IMG/VR virus record: IMGVR_UViG_649633079_000003
Strand: one strand, 5' to 3'
Source of the DNA: an uncultured virus (IMG/VR IMGVR_UViG_649633079_000003)
Lineage: Duplodnaviria > Heunggongvirae > Uroviricota > Caudoviricetes
DNA length: 64,000 nucleotides
The notes beneath the pieces are model-generated. The model searched no databases. It saw nothing but the letters and a program-made list of their open reading frames with translations, and was not told the DNA's origin. Below are positions 61,454 to 64,000 of this stretch, piece by piece. Positions within the stretch are counted from its first letter, which is position 1. Each line of letters starts with the position of its first letter. The position numbers were made by a program, and so were the translations under genes.

Positions 61454-62203
61454 ATGAGTGTTACATTACATGGGGGGAGAGCTCATCTAAACGGAGTTAC
61501 ATTTTACACGGATAAGTTCATCTCTAAAGCTTATCGAGAAAAGGACGAAATTAAGGTTAGTGTAAAAGAAAGAAAAATGAAATCTCACTTTTACGATCGT
61601 ATACCCTTCCTACGCGGTATCATGCTTCTGATAGAAATGTTACTCATGAATCCGATCCCTATCATTTGTATCTGTATCATGTCCGTGATCATGTTGAGTG
61701 TAGGTGATGAAGTTTCTGGTTCGCCTCAACAAGTCAGCACTTTGCGTATAATCGAACCGTATATATTGCCAGGTTTGTTTTTTGTTATTGCTTTGGTAAT
61801 TCGCAGCACGAAGATCGGCAGGTATCATGCGGCTGAACATATGACAGCCAAAACGTTCTCTAAAGGAATCGATCTCACAGTTAATAATGTGATGAAGCAA
61901 AGCCGAGTTTATGAGAGTTGTGGAACCAATTTAGTTGTTTTTATGGTAGTGACATTTTTCTTGTTGTCCTTATTCAATTTAAACGTATGGATTTGTTTTA
62001 TTCTCACATGGTCTATTAGTTACGAAATATTTTGTGTAGAAGAAGGATGGATTAAAAGAGTAGTTCTCCCTTTCTATTGGATTGGTGGGGTTGCTCAATA
62101 TTTTTTATTCACTTCTAAACCCACAGAAAAAGAAGTGTTGGTTGCAATGGCATCTGCAAAAGAACTCATCCGTCGAGATGTGAAGGAAGTAAAAAATGAA
62201 TAG
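61454..62203 (+). CDS. DUF1385 family membrane protein
   Basis: GGRA..NGV, IPFLRG, YHAAEH, SCGTN, SYE, T.KP. Confidence 0.8.
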   Translation: MSVTLHGGRAHLNGVTFYTDKFISKAYREKDEIKVSVKERKMKSHFYDRIPFLRGIMLLIEMLLMNPIPIICICIMSVIMLSVGDEVSGSPQQVSTLRIIEPYILPGLFFVIALVIRSTKIGRYHAAEHMTAKTFSKGIDLTVNNVMKQSRVYESCGTNLVVFMVVTFFLLSLFNLNVWICFILTWSISYEIFCVEEGWIKRVVLPFYWIGGVAQYFLFTSKPTEKEVLVAMASAKELIRRDVKEVKNE

Positions 62204-62286
62204 TTTTAACTTTAACCACAGTTGAAGACAGAACTAACCTAACTTGAAAACTTTGTGTAATGTACCTGTATGTTTAAAGATTTTAC

Positions 62287-62607
62287 ATGAGAGAAGGTAA
62301 TGTAATGGCTGTACCCAGTACAAGAAAATCTCGACTCGAATGGTTGGCAGACAAGAGGGGGATTGACTACGTTATGTCGATGTATACTCTGACAGATCGA
62401 GAAGTGAAAAAGCATTTTGAACAGGTTTATCCGATTTATAAAGATTATCCAAGCTATTCAAGAAAAAATGAACAGCCAAAGTGTTTAGTCTGCCAGTCAG
62501 AGGCTCGCATTACGTGGGAATGTGAATGTGGTGTGAATGAGGGAATCTTTGATGAGGATGATCCGCAGCTAAGTGAAAGGCAACAAGCTTGGAAAGAGCG
62601 TGTGTAA
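62287..62607 (+). CDS. Hypothetical protein
   Basis: CxxC..CxC. Confidence 0.55.
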   Translation: MREGNVMAVPSTRKSRLEWLADKRGIDYVMSMYTLTDREVKKHFEQVYPIYKDYPSYSRKNEQPKCLVCQSEARITWECECGVNEGIFDEDDPQLSERQQAWKERV

Positions 62608-62695
62608 AATTGAAAATAAAAATTTTTGATCTTATTATCGCTGGGATTTAATCTCTATTCTTAGTATATAATAGAATACATTAAATTATGGGAGG

Positions 62696-62989
62696 TTGGC
62701 ATATATGCTAACATTGGTGAATGATAAGATTGCTGAACATATAAAGAATCTTCCATCTAAGAAAATTCCAGAATTGCAGATGACCGGAAAAATGTTGGAG
62801 CAAATCGACTTAATTGTGAAGGTGAAAGTCAATATTCACGAAGTTGGTTTTTTGAATCGGGATATTTGTCGGGTTCTTGCACACTTGGACAATGGAAATC
62901 TATATATTAAGCGTCTTGAAGATGGACATAAGGGAATTGTCTCTAAAGTACAAGTATCATTTCCGAAGTGGGAAAACTATTCTTTCTAA
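62696..62989 (+). CDS. Hypothetical protein
   Basis: ORF with RBS. Confidence 0.55.
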   Translation: MAYMLTLVNDKIAEHIKNLPSKKIPELQMTGKMLEQIDLIVKVKVNIHEVGFLNRDICRVLAHLDNGNLYIKRLEDGHKGIVSKVQVSFPKWENYSF

Positions 62990-63082
62990 ACATTATAGGA
63001 TGTTTAGTATTTTAAAATGAATTAGCGTAATACAATGTGAGTTTCATTTGAATTAAACATAGTCGGAAAGGTAGGGATTATT

Positions 63083-63370
63083 TTGAAGAATGCAATTATT
63101 TATCGTCCACACAAGGGAAGTCTTGAGGAATCAATGAAACAAGCAAAGGAATTTTTATCTATGCGAGAGATGAAAGAATACATCGTAAAAGATTGGAACA
63201 ATCTATTTGATATAGAGGATATTGTAATAAAAGAAGATGCACATTTAGATGATCGAATTGGCTGGAATGATGTAAGGTTAGTGACTATCAAACGTCTTGG
63301 CGAACAAGACAACATGGAATTATACGGATGTCCGCAAGCAATCGGATATTGTGCAACTGATTATAAGTAA
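63083..63370 (+). CDS. Hypothetical phage-like protein
   Basis: YRPHKGSLEESM...DDRIGW. Confidence 0.6.
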   Translation: MKNAIIYRPHKGSLEESMKQAKEFLSMREMKEYIVKDWNNLFDIEDIVIKEDAHLDDRIGWNDVRLVTIKRLGEQDNMELYGCPQAIGYCATDYK

Positions 63371-63657
63371 TGGAGGACTATTCAATGATGAATAGAAAAC
63401 AGCTTCAAGAATGGTTAAACCAGTTCCCTGAAGAAGCAATTGTTTGTACAGATACCAACAATCATTATTCAACGGATGGAATAAGATATGGTACAATGGT
63501 GGAGTGTGGAGATGAAAACAATAAATTAAAACTATTGTTTATAGGAAACACAAGACATGTAGGTAAATTAATAGATGGCGAAGGTCGGTTTGAGAATCAT
63601 GAGTATAATTTAAAGGGATTAAGATTACTGAATGCAGTATATGTAAAACGAGACTAA
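63370..63657 (+). CDS. Hypothetical phage-like protein
   Basis: Coupled ORF. Confidence 0.6.
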   Translation: MEDYSMMNRKQLQEWLNQFPEEAIVCTDTNNHYSTDGIRYGTMVECGDENNKLKLLFIGNTRHVGKLIDGEGRFENHEYNLKGLRLLNAVYVKRD

Positions 63658-64000
63658 ATGAAATGTAGTTCTATTTAGATTAGGAGAAATGAGAATGAAA
63701 AAATATTATATTATCGACTCAATTGCATCTAAACTTGGCGAAAAGAAACGGCATATTTGATTCAGGTTGGCGATGTCCATACAAGCACCACTGATAAAAC
63801 GAAGGCAAAAGTATTTAACGAATTGGAAATTGAAAGAGATGGTTGGAGAAGCGAAGATTTGGGTTACGAATTTGAAGAGGTTCAGTCCAAATAAAATAAT
63901 GGAGGGACTCATAAAGAAAAAATGCGAAAGAACAAAATCGTTCATACTTAACGAGAAAATCTCTGAAATGAGATTTTCTTTTTTTTATTTGCATTGGTGC

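Noticed and set aside
61462..62264. Other TACATTACA/TGTAATGTA matches as ncRNA copies or targets
   Set aside because: They lack the flanking helices, and about one chance hit is expected at this AT content

Overview
AT-rich Bacillales-type accessory DNA, most likely part of a large conjugative plasmid or ICE with a phage-like mosaic cargo. The window opens with conjugation-type genes: VirB6-like, lytic transglycosylase/M23 and pilin-like. A tRNA/ncRNA island follows (8.5-13.5 kb), then a mosaic of small phage-like ORFs (13.5-21 kb), a Prs-like + NadV-like pair (NARP1-like), a FabH-like gene, a Ro60/TROVE gene and a vWA gene. The remainder holds an ADP-ribosylglycohydrolase, dcd, RecD2, an S8 protease with 8 FN3 repeats, a truncated macro domain, an IS200/IS605 remnant, NadD, an ART-like protein and RecX. 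Main unexplained signals: (1) four paralogous structured ncRNAs sharing an invariant AAGACUACAUUACA motif, two of them directly upstream of the Ro60 gene (candidate new Y-RNA class); (2) a DIP1984-like gene followed by a structured RNA with eight ACG triplets, mostly 7-8 nt apart; (3) a promoter-driven ~250-nt RNA with two predicted pseudoknots; (4) a palindromic operator TTGACTATAGTCAA, often paired 27-28 bp apart, at seven loci; (5) aberrant tRNA-like RNAs; (6) cassette-like small genes with shared flanks. Protein calls come from motif recognition by eye and RNA pairings were derived by hand; no database searches were run.
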